From NCBI GenBank assembly GCA_964291285.2, contig OZ219787.1, forward strand, positions 1,760,001-1,824,000: a stretch of 64,000 nucleotides of DNA, read 5' to 3'. Shown piece by piece: positions 39,852 through 50,884 of the stretch (positions within the stretch are counted from its first letter, which is position 1; every line of letters starts with the position of its first letter). A model generated the notes under the pieces. That model was not told the origin of the DNA and made no database searches. It saw only the letters and a list, made by a program, of their open reading frames with translations. A program made the translations under genes and the position numbers. Source of the stretch: Alphaproteobacteria bacterium (GTDB lineage Bacteria; Pseudomonadota; Alphaproteobacteria; Bin95).

Positions 39852-40772
39852 ATGGCTCAGGTGACGGCGGCGCTGGTCAAGGATCTGCGCGAGCGGACCG
39901 GCGCCGGCATGATGGACTGCAAGAAAGCGCTGACGGAAAACGGTGCCGACATCGAGGCGGCCTTGGACTGGCTGCGCAAGAAGGGGCTGGCTGCAGCGCA
40001 GAAAAAGGCCGGCCGGACGGCGGCCGAAGGACTGGTCGGCATGGCGCTGGAGGACGGACGCGGTGCGCTGGTCGAGCTCAACTCAGAGACCGATTTCGTG
40101 GCGCGCAACGAAGGCTTTCAGGCGGCGGTCGCGAGGCTGGCCGCGCTCGGGCTGAGCGTCGAGGGCGGTCTGGATGCCCTCAGGGGAAGCGAGATCGAAG
40201 GACAGACCGCCGAGGAATATGTCACCGGCCTGATCGCCACCATCGGCGAGAACATGAACCTCCGCCGCTACGCCACGGTCAAGGTCGGGCAAGGTGTCGT
40301 GGCAGGCTACATGCACAGCGCGGCGGCTCCGGGCCTCGGCAAGATCGGCGTCCTGGTCGGGCTCGAATCTTCGGGCGACAAGGAAAAGCTGGCCGCGCTC
40401 GGCAAGCAGATCGCCATGCATGTGACCTCCGCCAATCCCCGCTGGGTCTCGCGCGACGACGTCGATGAGTCGGCGGTGGAGCGCGAGCGCGCCATCCTCG
40501 TAGACCAGGCGAAGGCTTCCGGCCGACCCGACCATGTGATCGAGAAGATGGTCGAAGGGCGGATGCGCAAATATTACGAGGAGGTCGTGCTTGCCGAGCA
40601 GGCCTTCATCATGGACACCGACAAATCTGTGGCCAAAGTGCTGGAGGAAGCTGCGGGCGATATCGGCGCGCCGGTATCCTGCACCGGCTTCGTGCGCTTC
40701 GCTCTGGGTGAGGGCGTGGAACGCGAAGACAAGGATTTCGCCGCAGAGGTGGCCCAAACGCTCGGGGACTAA
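39852..40772 (+). CDS. tsf: Elongation factor Ts
   Basis: LVKDLRERTGAGMMDCKKAL, AEG, ELNSETDFVARN. Confidence 0.98.
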   Translation: MAQVTAALVKDLRERTGAGMMDCKKALTENGADIEAALDWLRKKGLAAAQKKAGRTAAEGLVGMALEDGRGALVELNSETDFVARNEGFQAAVARLAALGLSVEGGLDALRGSEIEGQTAEEYVTGLIATIGENMNLRRYATVKVGQGVVAGYMHSAAAPGLGKIGVLVGLESSGDKEKLAALGKQIAMHVTSANPRWVSRDDVDESAVERERAILVDQAKASGRPDHVIEKMVEGRMRKYYEEVVLAEQAFIMDTDKSVAKVLEEAAGDIGAPVSCTGFVRFALGEGVEREDKDFAAEVAQTLGD

Positions 40773-40797
40773 CACCCGGGCCCCGACGGGAGAGTTC

Positions 40798-41514
40798 ATG
40801 GCGCAGGAACCCCGTTTCCGCCGCGTTCTGCTCAAGGTTTCCGGCGAGGCCTTGATGGGCGGTGAAGAGTTCGGCATCGCACCTTCCACAATGCGGCGCA
40901 TCGCGGGCGACATTGCCGAGGCAAGGGCGCTCGGCGTCCAGGTGGCGGTCGTCGTCGGAGGGGGCAATATCTTCCGGGGGGTGAATTCCTCGAAAATCGG
41001 CGTCGGGCGCGTTGCGGGCGACAACATGGGGATGCTCGCCACGGTCATCAACGCGCTCGCGCTCCGCAGCGCGCTGGAGGACGCCGGCGTCGAGGCGCGC
41101 GTGCAAAGCGCGATCCCGATGCACACGGTCTGCGAACAGTTCATTCGCGAGCGCGCCGACCGCCATCTCCGCCGTGGCCGGGTTCTGGTTCTGGCGGGCG
41201 GCACCGGCAACCCGTTCTTCACCACCGATTCCGCCGCAATATTGCGGGCGAGCGAGCTTGGCTGCGACGCGGTGCTCAAGGCGACGAAGGTGGACGGCGT
41301 CTATTCCGCGGATCCCGAACAGGAGCCCGATGCCGAGCGCTATGACGCACTGACTTACAACGAAGTTCTTGAGCGCGACCTCAAGGTCATGGACGCCTCT
41401 GCCGTTGCGCTGGCGCGGGACAACAGCATTCCGATTCTCGTCTTTTCGCTGCATAATGCGGGTTCGTTCGCCCGCGCACTGACGGGCCGCGAGGCATCGA
41501 CGGTGATCCGGTAG
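40798..41514 (+). CDS. pyrH: UMP kinase
   Basis: RVLLKVSGEAL, VVGGGNIFRG, GMLATVIN, GTGNPFFTTD. Confidence 0.97.
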   Translation: MAQEPRFRRVLLKVSGEALMGGEEFGIAPSTMRRIAGDIAEARALGVQVAVVVGGGNIFRGVNSSKIGVGRVAGDNMGMLATVINALALRSALEDAGVEARVQSAIPMHTVCEQFIRERADRHLRRGRVLVLAGGTGNPFFTTDSAAILRASELGCDAVLKATKVDGVYSADPEQEPDAERYDALTYNEVLERDLKVMDASAVALARDNSIPILVFSLHNAGSFARALTGREASTVIR

Positions 41515-41529
41515 GAAAGCGAGGCTCTC

Positions 41530-42090
41530 GTGTCCGAAGACCCCGATATCGACGATCTGGAGCGGCGCATGAACGGCGCCATCGAGGCGCTGAAACGTGA
41601 ATTCGCAGGGCTGAGAACCGGCCGGGCAAGCATATCGCTTCTCGAGCCGCTGACTGTGGAAGCCTACGGTTCGGAAATGCCCATCAACCAGGTGGCGACG
41701 CTCGGCGCACCGGAGCCGCGCATGCTGACGGTGCAGGTCTGGGACAGGGGCAATGTGAAGGCGGTCGAGCGGGCCATTCGTGAATCGGCTCTGGGCCTCA
41801 ATCCCGCTTCGGACGGCCAATTGATCCGGGTGCCGATCCCCGAATTGAGCGAAGAGCGCCGGACGGAACTCGCGAGGATCGCTCATCGCTATGCAGAGCA
41901 GGCGCGGGTCGCGGTTCGCAATGTGCGCCGCGACGGCATGGACAAGCTCAAGCGTATGGAGAGGGCGGGGGACCTTTCCCAGGACGAACAGCATCTATGG
42001 TCCGAAGAGGTGCAGGAACTGACTGACCGCTTCGTCAAGGAAATCGACAGCGCCGTCGACGCCAAAGAATCCGAAATCATGCAGGTGTGA
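41530..42090 (+). CDS. frr: Ribosome recycling factor
   Basis: [36 protein letters not shown]. Confidence 0.97.
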   Translation: MSEDPDIDDLERRMNGAIEALKREFAGLRTGRASISLLEPLTVEAYGSEMPINQVATLGAPEPRMLTVQVWDRGNVKAVERAIRESALGLNPASDGQLIRVPIPELSEERRTELARIAHRYAEQARVAVRNVRRDGMDKLKRMERAGDLSQDEQHLWSEEVQELTDRFVKEIDSAVDAKESEIMQV

Positions 42091-42833
42091 CCGTCATGGC
42101 GGTCGAAACACGGGCGTTTCCTGCGCCGCTTGCGCTGCCTCGCCATGTCGCGATCATCATGGATGGTAACGGGCGTTGGGCTTCGGCGCGGAGCCTGCCG
42201 CGCGCGGCAGGTCATGCGCGCGGTGCGGAGGCGGCTCGGGCAGCGGTAAAGGCCGCGACCGAGTTCGGCATTGAGATACTGACGCTCTACACTTTTTCTT
42301 CCGAGAATTGGCGCCGGTCGGCGGAGGAGGTGGACGACCTGCTTGGCCTGCTGCGCTACTATCTCGGCAGGGAGCTCGATGACATGCACCGCAACGGCGT
42401 GCGGCTGCGAATGATCGGGGAGCGGGACCGCTTGCCCGCGGACCTCCGCGAACGCATCGCCCATGCCGAGGCCCTGACTGCCGGTAATGACGCCATCCTC
42501 GTGCAGGTCGCGGTCAGCTATGGCGGCCGCGACGAGATAGTGCGCGCCGCCCGACGCCTGGCCGAGGAGGGAGCCGCAGGCAGGCTCCGGTCCGGCGATA
42601 TCGACGAAGCCGCCTTCGCGGCCAGGCTGGACACGGCCGGCATACCCGACCCCGACCTGATGGTGCGCACCGGCGGCGAGATGCGGATCAGCAATTTCCT
42701 TCTCTGGCAGGCGGCATACGCGGAATTTTTCTTTACCGACCGGCTGTGGCCGGAGTTCGCCAAAGCCGACCTGGAAGCGGCGCTTACCGCATTCAGCCGA
42801 CGCGAGCGGCGTTATGGCGCCCGCGCTGCCTGA
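42087..42833 (+). CDS. uppS: Undecaprenyl diphosphate synthase
   Basis: [43 protein letters not shown]. Confidence 0.97.
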   Translation: MTVMAVETRAFPAPLALPRHVAIIMDGNGRWASARSLPRAAGHARGAEAARAAVKAATEFGIEILTLYTFSSENWRRSAEEVDDLLGLLRYYLGRELDDMHRNGVRLRMIGERDRLPADLRERIAHAEALTAGNDAILVQVAVSYGGRDEIVRAARRLAEEGAAGRLRSGDIDEAAFAARLDTAGIPDPDLMVRTGGEMRISNFLLWQAAYAEFFFTDRLWPEFAKADLEAALTAFSRRERRYGARAA

Positions 42834-43596
42834 CGAGACCTTCCGGCGCCTGGTCGCGGCCGTTGTCCTGATGCCGGCTGCGATTCTGGCGGTATGGGCC
42901 GGGACGCCGTTTTGGGAAGCCTTATTGTTCGCCGGTGCGCTGATCGCCGGGCGCGAGTGGGTTGCGATGGCCGAGCCGGAGGCGGCGAGGGCGGTTGCGG
43001 CGATACCCGCGGCCGCCACGGCTCCTGCCCTGTTTTCGGCGCCGGCAGTCTTGCAGGCGGCGGTTGCGCTCGGGGCAGCCCTTGCGACCGGTTTGCTGCT
43101 CAAGCGGAAGGCGCTGGGGGCGGGGGTCCTCTATATCGCGCTTCCGGTCATGTGCCTCATCGCCCTCAGGAGCCCGGAATTCGGCGGTCTGGAACTCGTT
43201 GTCTGGCTGTTCGCCGTTATCTGGGCAGGGGACATTGCCGCCTGGTGGACAGGACGCAGGGTCGGCGGCCCGAAGCTGGCTCCGTCCTGGAGTCCCGGCA
43301 AGACCTGGAGCGGCCTTGTCGGAGGGCTTGCCGCTGCCGGTGTCGCCGGCGCTGCGGCTGGCGCCGCTTTTGATGCGCCTGGAGGCGCGGGCGGCGGCTT
43401 CGCAGCCGGCGTGTTCGTTGGAGGAGCAGGAGCAGCCGGCGACCTGTTCGAAAGCGCCTGCAAACGCCGGTTCGGCGTCAAGGACAGCGGCCGCCTGATA
43501 CCCGGACATGGTGGGCTGCTGGACCGTGTCGACGCTCTTTTGGCGGGAGCTGCCGCCGTGATGCTGCTCACGGTTTGCGGATGGCGATGGACATGA
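42814..43596 (+). CDS. cdsA: Phosphatidate cytidylyltransferase
   Basis: SPGKTWSG, GDLFES..KR..VKDSG.LIPGHGGLLDR. Confidence 0.95.
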   Translation: MAPALPDETFRRLVAAVVLMPAAILAVWAGTPFWEALLFAGALIAGREWVAMAEPEAARAVAAIPAAATAPALFSAPAVLQAAVALGAALATGLLLKRKALGAGVLYIALPVMCLIALRSPEFGGLELVVWLFAVIWAGDIAAWWTGRRVGGPKLAPSWSPGKTWSGLVGGLAAAGVAGAAAGAAFDAPGGAGGGFAAGVFVGGAGAAGDLFESACKRRFGVKDSGRLIPGHGGLLDRVDALLAGAAAVMLLTVCGWRWT

Positions 43597-44783
43597 CGGC
43601 GAAGCGGGTGGCGATACTGGGTGCAACCGGTTCGGTAGGCGCAAATACGCTTTCTGTCATCGGTGAACATCGGGAGCGCTTCCGGGTCGTCGCCCTGGCG
43701 GCGGGAAGGAACGCCGACCTTCTTGTGCAACAGGCCCGCGATTTCCGGCCCGGGTTCGTCGCCATCGCGGATCCCGGCAGCTATGCCGCGTTGAAGGCGG
43801 GGCTGGCCGGAACCGGCATCGAGACGGCGGCCGGCCCGGAAGCCGTAGTGGAAGCCGCCAGGCGCGATGCCGAATGGGTCATGGCGGCAATTGCCGGTGC
43901 GGCGGGTCTGGAATCGACGCTCGCGGCTGTCGAGCGCGGCGCCATTGTCGCTCTGGCCAACAAGGAAAGCCTGGTATGCGCGGGCGAGCTGATGATGGCG
44001 GCGGCGCGCGCCTCCGGAAGCACGATCCTGCCGGTCGATTCCGAACACAATGCGATCTTCCAGGTTTTCGATACGCAGTGCCGGGACGCGGTTCGGCGCC
44101 TGATTCTGACTGCTTCGGGCGGGCCTTTCCGGTCAGCCAGCCGGAAAGAAATGGCTGCCGTGCGTCCCGCCGAAGCCCTCAAGCACCCGAACTGGGATAT
44201 GGGCGCCAAGATAACCATCGATTCGGCGACCATGATGAACAAGGGCCTGGAGCTTATCGAAGCCCGTCATCTGTTCGCGATGTCCGGCGACGCCATAGAC
44301 ATTCTCGTCCACCCGCAATCCATCGTGCATTCCATGGTGGAATATGCCGACGGATCGGTGCTGGCGCAGCTGGGCACGCCCGACATGCGCACGCCGATAG
44401 CCGTCGCGCTTGCCTGGCCCGAACGGCTGTCGTTGACGGGTGAGCGCCTCGATCTTGCAGCGATAGGCCGTCTCGACTTCGAGCCGCCCGACCCCGAACG
44501 GTTTCCGGCCCTTGCGCTTGCCCGCCGGGCTCTGGAAAGGGGCGGCACGGAACCGGCAGCGCTCAGCGCCGCAAACGAAGTGGCGGTTGCGGCATTCCTG
44601 TCGGAACGGATCGGCTTCCTGCAGATCGCCGAGATTGCGGGCGGTACCGTCGCTGCCATGGGGTCGGGCCGGCTTGCGGGTCTGGACGATGTGCGGTCCG
44701 CCGACCGGGAGGCGCGGGAAGTGGCCGGGAGGCTGGTTGACCGGGCATCGGGCGCGAAGCTGCCCCGGGGAGGCGCCGGTTGA
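43593..44783 (+). CDS. dxr: 1-deoxy-D-xylulose 5-phosphate reductoisomerase
   Basis: LGATGSVG, LANKESLV, PVDSEHNAIFQ, TASGGPF, HPNWDMG.KITIDSATMMNKGLE. Confidence 0.97.
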   Translation: MTAKRVAILGATGSVGANTLSVIGEHRERFRVVALAAGRNADLLVQQARDFRPGFVAIADPGSYAALKAGLAGTGIETAAGPEAVVEAARRDAEWVMAAIAGAAGLESTLAAVERGAIVALANKESLVCAGELMMAAARASGSTILPVDSEHNAIFQVFDTQCRDAVRRLILTASGGPFRSASRKEMAAVRPAEALKHPNWDMGAKITIDSATMMNKGLELIEARHLFAMSGDAIDILVHPQSIVHSMVEYADGSVLAQLGTPDMRTPIAVALAWPERLSLTGERLDLAAIGRLDFEPPDPERFPALALARRALERGGTEPAALSAANEVAVAAFLSERIGFLQIAEIAGGTVAAMGSGRLAGLDDVRSADREAREVAGRLVDRASGAKLPRGGAG

Positions 44784-45883
44784 GCTTCCTCTGGGAATAT
44801 CTGGTCCCGTTTCTGGTGCTGTTGAGCGTGCTCGTGTTCGTGCACGAGTTCGGTCATTATTGGGCGGCGCGGCGATGCGGCATCAGGGTGGAAGTCTTTT
44901 CCGTCGGGTTCGGCCGCGAGCTCTGGGGCTGGACCGACCGGGCCGGAACGCGCTGGAAGGTCGCTCTTATTCCGCTTGGCGGCTATGTGCGCATGTTCGG
45001 CGAGGTGGACGGCGCACGCACGCTGACACCCGAAGAGCACGCCGTCGCGTTCGGCAACAAGTCGCTCGGTCAGCGGGCATTCGTTGTCGCGGCGGGTCCC
45101 GCGGCCAACTTTCTGTTTGCGATCATCCTTGCCGCCCTCATGTTCATGACCTACGGGCAGCGGCAAACCAGCCCCGTCGTCACCGAAGTGGTGGAGGGCA
45201 GCGCCGCCGCATCGGCTGGTGTCCGCGCCGGCGACCGGTTCGCAGAACTCGACGGCGAGACGATTGCGCGGTTCGAGGACCTGCAGCGAATTGTGCGGCT
45301 CAGTCCCGGCCGGCCGCTGGAAGCCGTCGTGATCCGCGACGGCGCGGAAACGTCGTTCACGATCACGCCGGCGGTCGAGCAACAGACCGACAGCCTCGGC
45401 AATGTGCATGAGTTCGGGCTGCTCGGTGTGCGCGGCAGGGCGACGGAGACCGTGCGCCTTGGACCCGGAGAAGCCTTGGGCGCGGCTGTCGATTACACTT
45501 GGACCATGACCGTGACCATTCTCGTCTTCGTCGGCGAGATGATCGAGGGCCGTCGTTCCACCGACGAACTCGGCGGGGTGCTGCGCATCGGCCATCTCGC
45601 GGGCGAGGTCGCGAAGATCGACTTCTCGGCCTACCTGCATTTCATGGTGTTATTGTCAATCAATCTCGGTCTCATCAACCTGTTCCCGATTCCGCTTCTG
45701 GACGGCGGGCATCTTGTCTTCTATGCAATTGAGGCCGTTCGGGGCCGTCCACTCGGACAGAAGGCTCAGGAAATCGGGTTCAGGATCGGCCTGGGTCTGG
45801 TCGTGGCATTGATGTTGTTCGTAACCTGGAATGACTTGGTGTACTTTCAGGTTGTGGCATTCTTGGAACGTGTCGTCGGATGA
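44780..45883 (+). CDS. rseP: RIP metalloprotease RseP
   Basis: VHEFGH, FSVGFG, PLGGYV, AGPAAN, PDZ domain, NLFPIPLLDGGH. Confidence 0.96.
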   Translation: MSFLWEYLVPFLVLLSVLVFVHEFGHYWAARRCGIRVEVFSVGFGRELWGWTDRAGTRWKVALIPLGGYVRMFGEVDGARTLTPEEHAVAFGNKSLGQRAFVVAAGPAANFLFAIILAALMFMTYGQRQTSPVVTEVVEGSAAASAGVRAGDRFAELDGETIARFEDLQRIVRLSPGRPLEAVVIRDGAETSFTITPAVEQQTDSLGNVHEFGLLGVRGRATETVRLGPGEALGAAVDYTWTMTVTILVFVGEMIEGRRSTDELGGVLRIGHLAGEVAKIDFSAYLHFMVLLSINLGLINLFPIPLLDGGHLVFYAIEAVRGRPLGQKAQEIGFRIGLGLVVALMLFVTWNDLVYFQVVAFLERVVG

Positions 45884-48216
45884 CGCCGTCGATGGGGGAT
45901 TCCATGGGCAGATGGCGAGTTGCACTTGCCGCATGGGCGCTGGCCGCCGCTATGGTGCTGCCGTTGGCGGTTGCCAACGCCCAGACGGGCGGCACCGTCC
46001 GCGATATCGAGGTCGTCGGCGCGCAGCGCGTGGACGCTGAAACCGTCCGTTCCTATATGCGCCTGCAGCCGGGCGATGTCCTGGGGCCGAGAACCATCAG
46101 CGATGCCCTGAAGAGCCTCTTCGAAACCGGCTATTTCGCCGATGTCAGCATCGACATGCGCGGCGATGTCATGGTGGTGACAGTCGCCGAAAACCCGGTC
46201 GTCAACCGTATTGCGTTCGAGGGAAACAGGCGGATCGACGATGAGACGCTCGGCCCCGAAGTGCAATTGAAGCCGCGCCAGATCTTTACCCGTTCTGCGG
46301 CGGAGCGCGATGTCAGGCGCATTCTCGAAATTTACCGGCGGTCGGGCCGTTTTGCGGCGAGTGTCGAGGCCAAGATTATCGAACTTCCGCAGAACCGCGT
46401 GGACGTCGCCTTTGAGATCGACGAGGGAGAACAGACCCTCATCGAGAAGATCGTGTTCATCGGGAACAGGCAATTCAGCGACAGCGACCTGATAGGCGAG
46501 ATCAGCAGCAAGGAAGCAGCCTGGTATCGCTTTCTCTCGAATGACGATGTTTACGATCCGGACCGCGTGGCGTTCGACCGCGAACAGCTTCGCACCTTCT
46601 ACCTTTCCAACGGTTATGTCGATTTCCGGGTGGCTTCGGCAGTCGCCGAGCTGACGCCCGACCGGGACGGCTTTATCCTGACTTTCACTGTGGAGGAAGG
46701 TCCGCAATATACCTTCGGCGCAGTCTCGCTCGAAAACCGGTTGACCGACATTCCGGACTTCCGCTTGTTGTCTTTCCTCCAGCCCCGCACGGGAGAAATC
46801 TACGACAGCGAAAAGGTCCGTGAAACGGTGGACGCTCTGGTCGATGCGGTAGGCGCTTCGGGATTTGCGTTTGTCGATGTCCAGCCGCGCTCGACAATCC
46901 GCAGGGAAGAACGGGCAGTCGACCTCGTATTCCTCGTCGATGAGGGACCGAGAGTTTACGTCGAACGCATCGATGTCGAAGGGAATCTGCGTACGCTTGA
47001 TCGCGTTATCCGGCGCGAATTCGGTATCGTGGAGGGAGACGCTTTCAACAGCTCGAAAATTGCCCGGGCGACCCGCCGGATTCGGAACCTGGGGTATTTC
47101 AGAAAGGTCGATGTTTCGAACGAGCAGGGAAGCCAGCCGGACCGGACGAAAGTCAAAGTGGAAGTCGAGGAAACCTCCACCGGGGAATTCTCCGTGGGAG
47201 CCGGCTATTCCAGCGAGAGCGGCGCGCTGTTCAATGTCAGGCTTGCGGAACGCAACCTGCTCGGGAAAGGCCAGGAGCTGGCGCTGGCCGCCACGGTATC
47301 CGGGCAGCAGAACGAGATCGACCTGTCATTCACCGAACCCTATTTCCAGGACCGGCCGATCTCCGTGGGCGCGGACCTGTTCAGGATCACGCGGGAGGAC
47401 GACAACACGACGATCGACACACTGGAAACCACCGGCGGCCGCCTACGGGTCGGCTACAGACTGTCCCAAAACTGGACCCAGCGGTGGCGCTATACACTGA
47501 GCCGGCGTGTCGAGGAACAACCCGGCACCGCAAGCGAAGACTCGACCCTGTTGTCGGCGGTCGGACAGGAAGTGACGTACGACACGCGCGACAACCGGTT
47601 CAACCCGACGACCGGCAGGGTCCTGAGCATCGGCAGTGACCTGGCGGGCCTCGGGGGCGATGCGCGTTTCCTGCGCACCGATGTCAGGGCGTCGCAATAT
47701 CTCCCGGTGTCGAAACGGCCGGCCGTGACGCTGGCGCTGTCGGCGCGGCTGGGGGCCATCGCCGGCCTCGGCAAGGATGTCGAAGGGCCCGACCGCTACC
47801 ACCTCGGTGGCCGGACCTTGCGGGGCTTCGATTTCGCCGGTGTCGGCCCCAGATGCAAGACAGACAATCCTCCCCGCACGAGTTCCGACACCTTCCCGGA
47901 CTGCGTCTCTGACAACGCATTCGGCGGAAATTATCTCGCCACTGCGACAGTCGAAGCGATCTTCCCGCTCGCCCTGGCCGAGGATACGGGAATCCAGGGC
48001 CGGCTGTTTGCCGAATTCGGTACGCTCACAGGTATCGACACCGAGGTCCCGAGCGCCAGATTCATCGACGACTCCTCGATACGCGGCTCGCTCGGCTTTG
48101 GCATATCCTGGACGACGCCGCTCGGGCCGCTTCGCCTCGATTTTGCCTGGCCCGTCGTGAAGGAAGACTTCGACAAGGACGAAACGATCCTGTTCAGCAT
48201 CGGGCACCAGTTCTGA
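45880..48216 (+). CDS. bamA: Outer membrane protein assembly factor BamA
   Basis: Signal peptide, POTRA repeats, LRGF motif, TPLGPLRLDFA, terminal F. Confidence 0.96.
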   Translation: MTPSMGDSMGRWRVALAAWALAAAMVLPLAVANAQTGGTVRDIEVVGAQRVDAETVRSYMRLQPGDVLGPRTISDALKSLFETGYFADVSIDMRGDVMVVTVAENPVVNRIAFEGNRRIDDETLGPEVQLKPRQIFTRSAAERDVRRILEIYRRSGRFAASVEAKIIELPQNRVDVAFEIDEGEQTLIEKIVFIGNRQFSDSDLIGEISSKEAAWYRFLSNDDVYDPDRVAFDREQLRTFYLSNGYVDFRVASAVAELTPDRDGFILTFTVEEGPQYTFGAVSLENRLTDIPDFRLLSFLQPRTGEIYDSEKVRETVDALVDAVGASGFAFVDVQPRSTIRREERAVDLVFLVDEGPRVYVERIDVEGNLRTLDRVIRREFGIVEGDAFNSSKIARATRRIRNLGYFRKVDVSNEQGSQPDRTKVKVEVEETSTGEFSVGAGYSSESGALFNVRLAERNLLGKGQELALAATVSGQQNEIDLSFTEPYFQDRPISVGADLFRITREDDNTTIDTLETTGGRLRVGYRLSQNWTQRWRYTLSRRVEEQPGTASEDSTLLSAVGQEVTYDTRDNRFNPTTGRVLSIGSDLAGLGGDARFLRTDVRASQYLPVSKRPAVTLALSARLGAIAGLGKDVEGPDRYHLGGRTLRGFDFAGVGPRCKTDNPPRTSSDTFPDCVSDNAFGGNYLATATVEAIFPLALAEDTGIQGRLFAEFGTLTGIDTEVPSARFIDDSSIRGSLGFGISWTTPLGPLRLDFAWPVVKEDFDKDETILFSIGHQF

Positions 48217-48752
48217 TGCGAAGACTGATAGCGGTATGGCTGCTGTGTCTCTGCACGGCGCCGGTTCTGGCCGAGGTGCCGCAATCGGTCGTCATCGTCG
48301 TCGATACCAACAGGATCATGCGCGAGGCCAGCGCGGCGGTTGAGATCGCCAGGCAGGTGGAAACTCTGGGAACGCGCTATGGAAACGATTTCAATGCCGC
48401 CGAGGCGCGCTTGCGACAGGAGGACCAGTCGCTGAAGGACCAGCGCGGCCTGCTCTCCAAGGAAGCGTACAAGGCGAGGGTGAAGGAGTTGCGCGAGCAA
48501 CTCGTGAAGCTTCGCAGTAACGCCCAGCGCCAACGGACCTTGCTGGACCGGGCGCGCGCCCAAGCGCTGCGCAAGGTCCAGCTGCAGCTGCAGGGCGTGG
48601 CGCGCGAACTGGCCGCGAAGCTCGGTGCGAATATTGTAGTGCAGAAGGCCGCCCTGGTATGGGCGGACGAGAAGGCCCTGGAGTTCACCGAGGACGTTCT
48701 GAATCGCTTGAACGAGGTCCTGCCGAGTGTAACCATTGAAGTTTCGGAGTAA
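48216..48752 (+). CDS. skp: OmpH/Skp family periplasmic chaperone
   Basis: Signal peptide, VIVVD..RI, long coiled coil, FTEDVL; position after bamA. Confidence 0.8.
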   Translation: MRRLIAVWLLCLCTAPVLAEVPQSVVIVVDTNRIMREASAAVEIARQVETLGTRYGNDFNAAEARLRQEDQSLKDQRGLLSKEAYKARVKELREQLVKLRSNAQRQRTLLDRARAQALRKVQLQLQGVARELAAKLGANIVVQKAALVWADEKALEFTEDVLNRLNEVLPSVTIEVSE

Positions 48753-48786
48753 GCGGCAAAATTCCGGCGGCGGGCGGCGAGGGCAT

Positions 48787-49242
48787 ATGACGACTGACGA
48801 CGCCGATATCGCGGAGATCGGCGAGGTGATGGCGACGATTCCCCATCGCTATCCCTTCCTCATGATCGATCGCGTGACCGAAATCCGGCTGGGTGAAAGC
48901 GCGGTCGGCATCAAGAATGTTTCCATCAACGAGATGCATTTCCAGGGACATTTCCCGTCCAAGGCCGTCATGCCGGGCGTCCTGCTGGTCGAGGCGATGG
49001 CGCAGACGGCGGCCGTGCTCGTCGTGAAGACGATGGGCGACCATGTGCGGGGCAAGCTGGTTTATTTCATGACCATCGACAATGCGCGCTTCCGCCGGCC
49101 CGTCGTGCCGGGCGACCAGGTGCGCGTGGAAGTCGCGGTTCGCCGCCACCGCGGCGCGGTGTGGCGGTTCCGGGGCGAAGCCAAGGTCGACGGGGTCCTC
49201 GTGGCGGAGGCCGAATACAGCGCGATGATCCAGGGGTTGTAA
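48787..49242 (+). CDS. fabZ: 3-hydroxyacyl-ACP dehydratase FabZ
   Basis: IPHRYPFLMIDR, KNVSINE.HFQGHFP, MPGVLLVEAMAQ. Confidence 0.96.
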   Translation: MTTDDADIAEIGEVMATIPHRYPFLMIDRVTEIRLGESAVGIKNVSINEMHFQGHFPSKAVMPGVLLVEAMAQTAAVLVVKTMGDHVRGKLVYFMTIDNARFRRPVVPGDQVRVEVAVRRHRGAVWRFRGEAKVDGVLVAEAEYSAMIQGL

Positions 49243-50048
49243 TGGCGCGCTCCATACACCCGAGCGCCGTCGTCGAGGAGGGAGCGACGATCGGAGAAGG
49301 CGTAGAGGTCGGGCCTTTCTGCCATGTGGGCGGAGAGGTCGAACTGGCTGAAGGCTGTATTCTCCACTCCCATGTTGCGGTGGCGGGGCGCACGGCGATT
49401 GGCCCGCGCACCACGATCTTTCCTTTCGCTTCGGTCGGGCACCAGCCGCAGGACCTGAAATATGCGGGCGAGCCCTCGGTGCTGGAAATCGGCGCGGACA
49501 ACATCATCCGCGAACACGTCACCCTGAACCCGGGCACGAAAGGCGGCGGCATGCGCACCGTCGTCGGAGACCGGAACCTGTTCATGATGGGCGCGCATGT
49601 GGCGCATGATTGCCGCGTGGGCAACGGATGCGTGCTGGCGAACAACGCCACGCTCGGCGGGCATGTGGTCCTGGAGGACGGGGCCATTGTTGGCGGCCTC
49701 GCAGCCGTTCACCAGTTCGTCCGCATCGGCCCCTATGCGATGATCGGCGGCCTGTCCGCCGTCGTGCAGGACGTCATTCCCTACGGCATGGTATTCGGCG
49801 ACCGCGCGACGCTGCGGGGCCTCAACTGGATTGGCCTGAAGCGCGCGGGAACCGACCGCGAGACCCTGTCGCGGCTCCGAAGGGCGTTCCGGCAACTGTT
49901 TGACGGCGAGGGCCCGATAGGCGAGCGGCTCGACGCCGTTTCGGCGGAACATGGAGCCGATCCCATGGTTCGCCGCATAGTCGAGTTCATGGGCGCCGAA
50001 TCGGACCGCGGCCTCTGCTTGCCGGAAAGTTCCGGGGATGCAGCCTAA
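49242..50048 (+). CDS. lpxA: UDP-N-acetylglucosamine acyltransferase
   Basis: IHPSAVV, hexapeptide repeats, PQDLKY, IREHVT, HVAHDC, VHQFVRIG. Confidence 0.96.
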   Translation: MARSIHPSAVVEEGATIGEGVEVGPFCHVGGEVELAEGCILHSHVAVAGRTAIGPRTTIFPFASVGHQPQDLKYAGEPSVLEIGADNIIREHVTLNPGTKGGGMRTVVGDRNLFMMGAHVAHDCRVGNGCVLANNATLGGHVVLEDGAIVGGLAAVHQFVRIGPYAMIGGLSAVVQDVIPYGMVFGDRATLRGLNWIGLKRAGTDRETLSRLRRAFRQLFDGEGPIGERLDAVSAEHGADPMVRRIVEFMGAESDRGLCLPESSGDAA

Positions 50049-50874
50049 GCTGGCGATTGTCGCCGGCGGCGGATCGCTGCCGCTTGCACTGGCCGAAGCC
50101 TGCCGCACATGCGGACGGCCCTATTTCCTGCTCGGGCTGGACGGATTTGCGGAACCGGACCGGCTTGAAGATCATCCGCACCGCTGGGGCCGGATCGGCG
50201 CCGTGGGACGGGTCATCGCGACGGTCCGCGAAGAAGGGGCGGCGGAGGTGGTGTTCGCCGGGCATGTCCGGCGCCCGTCGCTGGCGTCGCTCAGGCCCGA
50301 CCTCTTCACGGTTCGCCTGCTTGCCCGGGTCGGCGCGAAGGCGCTTGGCGATGACGGGCTGATGCGCCATGTGGTGAAGGCGTTCGAAGCCGAGGGGCTT
50401 CGTGTGGTCGAGGTGTCGTCCATCCTGGCCGACACACTGGCCCTGCCGGGCCCGCTCGGCGCCCTGGCGCCGGACGAAACCGCGCTGGAGGATATCCGCC
50501 GCGGCCTGGAAGTGGCCGAGGCGCTTGGACGCGCCGACGCCGGCCAGGCGGTGGTCGTGCAGCAGGGAATCGTGCTGGCGATAGAAGCGGCGGAAGGCAC
50601 CGACCGGATGATCGCGCGCGCCTCCCGCCTCAGGCGGGAAGGGCCGGGCGGGGTGTTGGTCAAGGTCGCGAAACCCCAGCAGGACCGGCGCATGGACCTG
50701 CCGGTGATCGGCCCGGACACGGTCGAGGCCGCCGCCGCTGCCGGGCTGCGGGGGATCGCGGTCGAGGCCGGCGGCGTGCTGGTCCTGGACCGGGAGGCGG
50801 CGATCCGGCGCGCCGACGAAAAGGGATTGTTCGTCACCGGCGCGGAGCCCGGTGCCGGAACTCCGCGCCGGTAG
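50038..50874 (+). CDS. lpxI: UDP-2,3-diacylglucosamine diphosphatase LpxI
   Basis: IVAGGGSLP, GDDGL, DAGQAVVV, IEAAEGTD, KP.QDRRMDLPVIG. Confidence 0.92.
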   Translation: MQPKLAIVAGGGSLPLALAEACRTCGRPYFLLGLDGFAEPDRLEDHPHRWGRIGAVGRVIATVREEGAAEVVFAGHVRRPSLASLRPDLFTVRLLARVGAKALGDDGLMRHVVKAFEAEGLRVVEVSSILADTLALPGPLGALAPDETALEDIRRGLEVAEALGRADAGQAVVVQQGIVLAIEAAEGTDRMIARASRLRREGPGGVLVKVAKPQQDRRMDLPVIGPDTVEAAAAAGLRGIAVEAGGVLVLDREAAIRRADEKGLFVTGAEPGAGTPRR

Positions 50875-50884
50875 GCCTGACGCC

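Noticed and set aside
47850-47910. Cys-pair insertion in the BamA loop after LRGF
   Set aside because: Loop 6 insertions with a disulfide are known in BamA proteins, including E. coli; not novel
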